Positions 62,977 to 64,000 of a stretch of DNA of 64,000 bases are shown here, piece after piece. A model generated the notes under the pieces. It saw only the letters and a program-made list of their open reading frames with translations, had not been told where the DNA came from and did no database searches. Positions within the stretch are counted from its first letter, which is position 1; every line of letters starts with the position of its first letter. Source of the DNA: Hyalangium minutum (GTDB lineage: Bacteria; Myxococcota; Myxococcia; Myxococcales; Myxococcaceae); the NCBI RefSeq assembly GCF_000737315.1, contig NZ_JMCB01000002.1, positions 62,001 to 126,000 of the forward strand, read 5' to 3'. Position numbers and translations under genes: made by a program.

Positions 62977-63657
62977 ATGATCCGCGTGTGCCTCGTGTCC
63001 GTGCTGCTGTTGAGTGCGCTGAGCCCGCTGCCGGGGCTCGCGCAGATCTCGCCGCCGCCTCTCGTGGCCGCGCCCCCCGGGCAGCTCCTCCCCTCCGAGG
63101 AGGGGAGCGACGAGAAGCCCCCAGGAGAGCTCATCCCGCGCTCCCCCGAGACGCTGAACGGCTCGGAGGGCAGAGCGGGGCGTGTCGTGCTCGAGTCCCT
63201 GGGAGGCGTTCTGCTCGGAGCCATAGGAGGAGTGCCTGCCTTCGGCCTGTCCCTGCTGTTCACCTTTGACTGTGACGGCTGCCACAACACCAACGGGGAG
63301 GCGACGATCCTGGCATTGGCCGGCGTCGCGGGCTTCCTCGGCGGAACGGCGCTCGGGGTGAAGCTGGGCGGGGCGCTCATGGGAGGCGAGGGCCGCTACC
63401 TGCCGACACTCGCTGGGGCGGGTCTGGGGACCCTGGCCGGCGTCCTCGTCGCGCTGCCCACGGGGTTGCTCGTTCATGAGCTGCTGGCCGTTGTTCCGTT
63501 GATCGCGGGCCCCTTCGTCGGAGCCATCATCGGCTACGAGCTGTCGCACTCGAACGAGCTCGAGCGCAAGGCGGCGGGCACCGGTGTGAAGGTGCTCCCG
63601 GCTGTGAGCCTGCGTCCCTCGGGCGGAGTGGTGGCAGGGCTGATGGGTTCGTTCTGA
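62977..63657 (+). CDS. Exported/membrane hypothetical protein with Gly-rich hydrophobic helices
   Basis: Signal peptide, glycine-zipper-like helices and a terminal ...GLMGSF. Confidence 0.7.
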   Translation: MIRVCLVSVLLLSALSPLPGLAQISPPPLVAAPPGQLLPSEEGSDEKPPGELIPRSPETLNGSEGRAGRVVLESLGGVLLGAIGGVPAFGLSLLFTFDCDGCHNTNGEATILALAGVAGFLGGTALGVKLGGALMGGEGRYLPTLAGAGLGTLAGVLVALPTGLLVHELLAVVPLIAGPFVGAIIGYELSHSNELERKAAGTGVKVLPAVSLRPSGGVVAGLMGSF

Positions 63658-63874
63658 GTCCTGGCTGACTGCGCGCCCGGTGATTACCTCGGTGTAGCCG
63701 TGCCTACCTCGGCGGTGGGCGTGTGCCTGCTCAGCCCTCGACGGTTCGGGAGAACGCGCCTCACGCGAGTGCTTGGGAGTCGACGTTCGCCCGTCCGGGG
63801 GCGGGCGGGCACTCACCATCCCGGAAAGTCATGCGCATCTGGGCGGCCACACCACCCGGTCGGGGGGAGTTCAC

Positions 63875-64000
63875 GTGGCCACGTACCGACTCGTCCGCAA
63901 GCTGGCCGCGGGCGGCATGGCGGAAGTCTTCTTCGCGAAGGTGCTCGGAGCCGAGGGCTTCGAGAAGCCCGTTGCGGTCAAGCGCGTCTTGCCGTCGCTG
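63875..64000 (+). CDS. N-terminus of a Ser/Thr protein kinase (truncated by the window edge)
   Basis: ATYRLVRKLAAGGMAEVFFAKVLGAEGFEKPVAVKRVLP after a GGGAG RBS. Confidence 0.9.
   Translation, partial: MATYRLVRKLAAGGMAEVFFAKVLGAEGFEKPVAVKRVLPSL

Overview
GC-rich (about 70%, estimated by eye) chromosomal window from a myxobacterium. The taxon (Myxococcales, probably Cystobacterineae/Archangiaceae) is inferred from the DUF2378 gene, the Ser/Thr kinases and the density of hybrid kinases. I saw no rRNA, tRNA, CRISPR array, IS or prophage. Housekeeping and accessory genes: RND efflux pair, large-type purL, DUF99, cold-shock protein, membrane H+-pyrophosphatase, CHAP/NlpC hydrolase, AtoE-like transporter, RapA-like SNF2 ATPase, MsbA-like ABC transporter and dnaJ. 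Two large signalling clusters dominate the window. (1) 19.2-32.2 kb: a giant poly-HAMP hybrid kinase with nine near-identical 276-bp units, a CheR/CheB pair that both appear catalytically degenerate, two more hybrid kinases, and a wHTH + 2x DUF5985 module. (2) 36.2-49.4 kb, the best candidate for an undescribed system: a tightly coupled minus-strand run of pentaheme c-type cytochrome lipoprotein, FIST (NosP-like) sensor, multi-receiver hybrid kinase, single-domain response regulator, divergent tryptophan 2,3-dioxygenase-like enzyme, kynureninase-like PLP enzyme and SAM methyltransferase. It faces a NarL/LuxR regulator, a PAS kinase and a second copy (about 69% identical) of the single-domain regulator. 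I infer a circuit that makes and/or senses a methylated tryptophan-derived (anthranilate-type) small molecule under heme/gas-sensor control. All family assignments come from motifs recognised by eye; no database searches were run.
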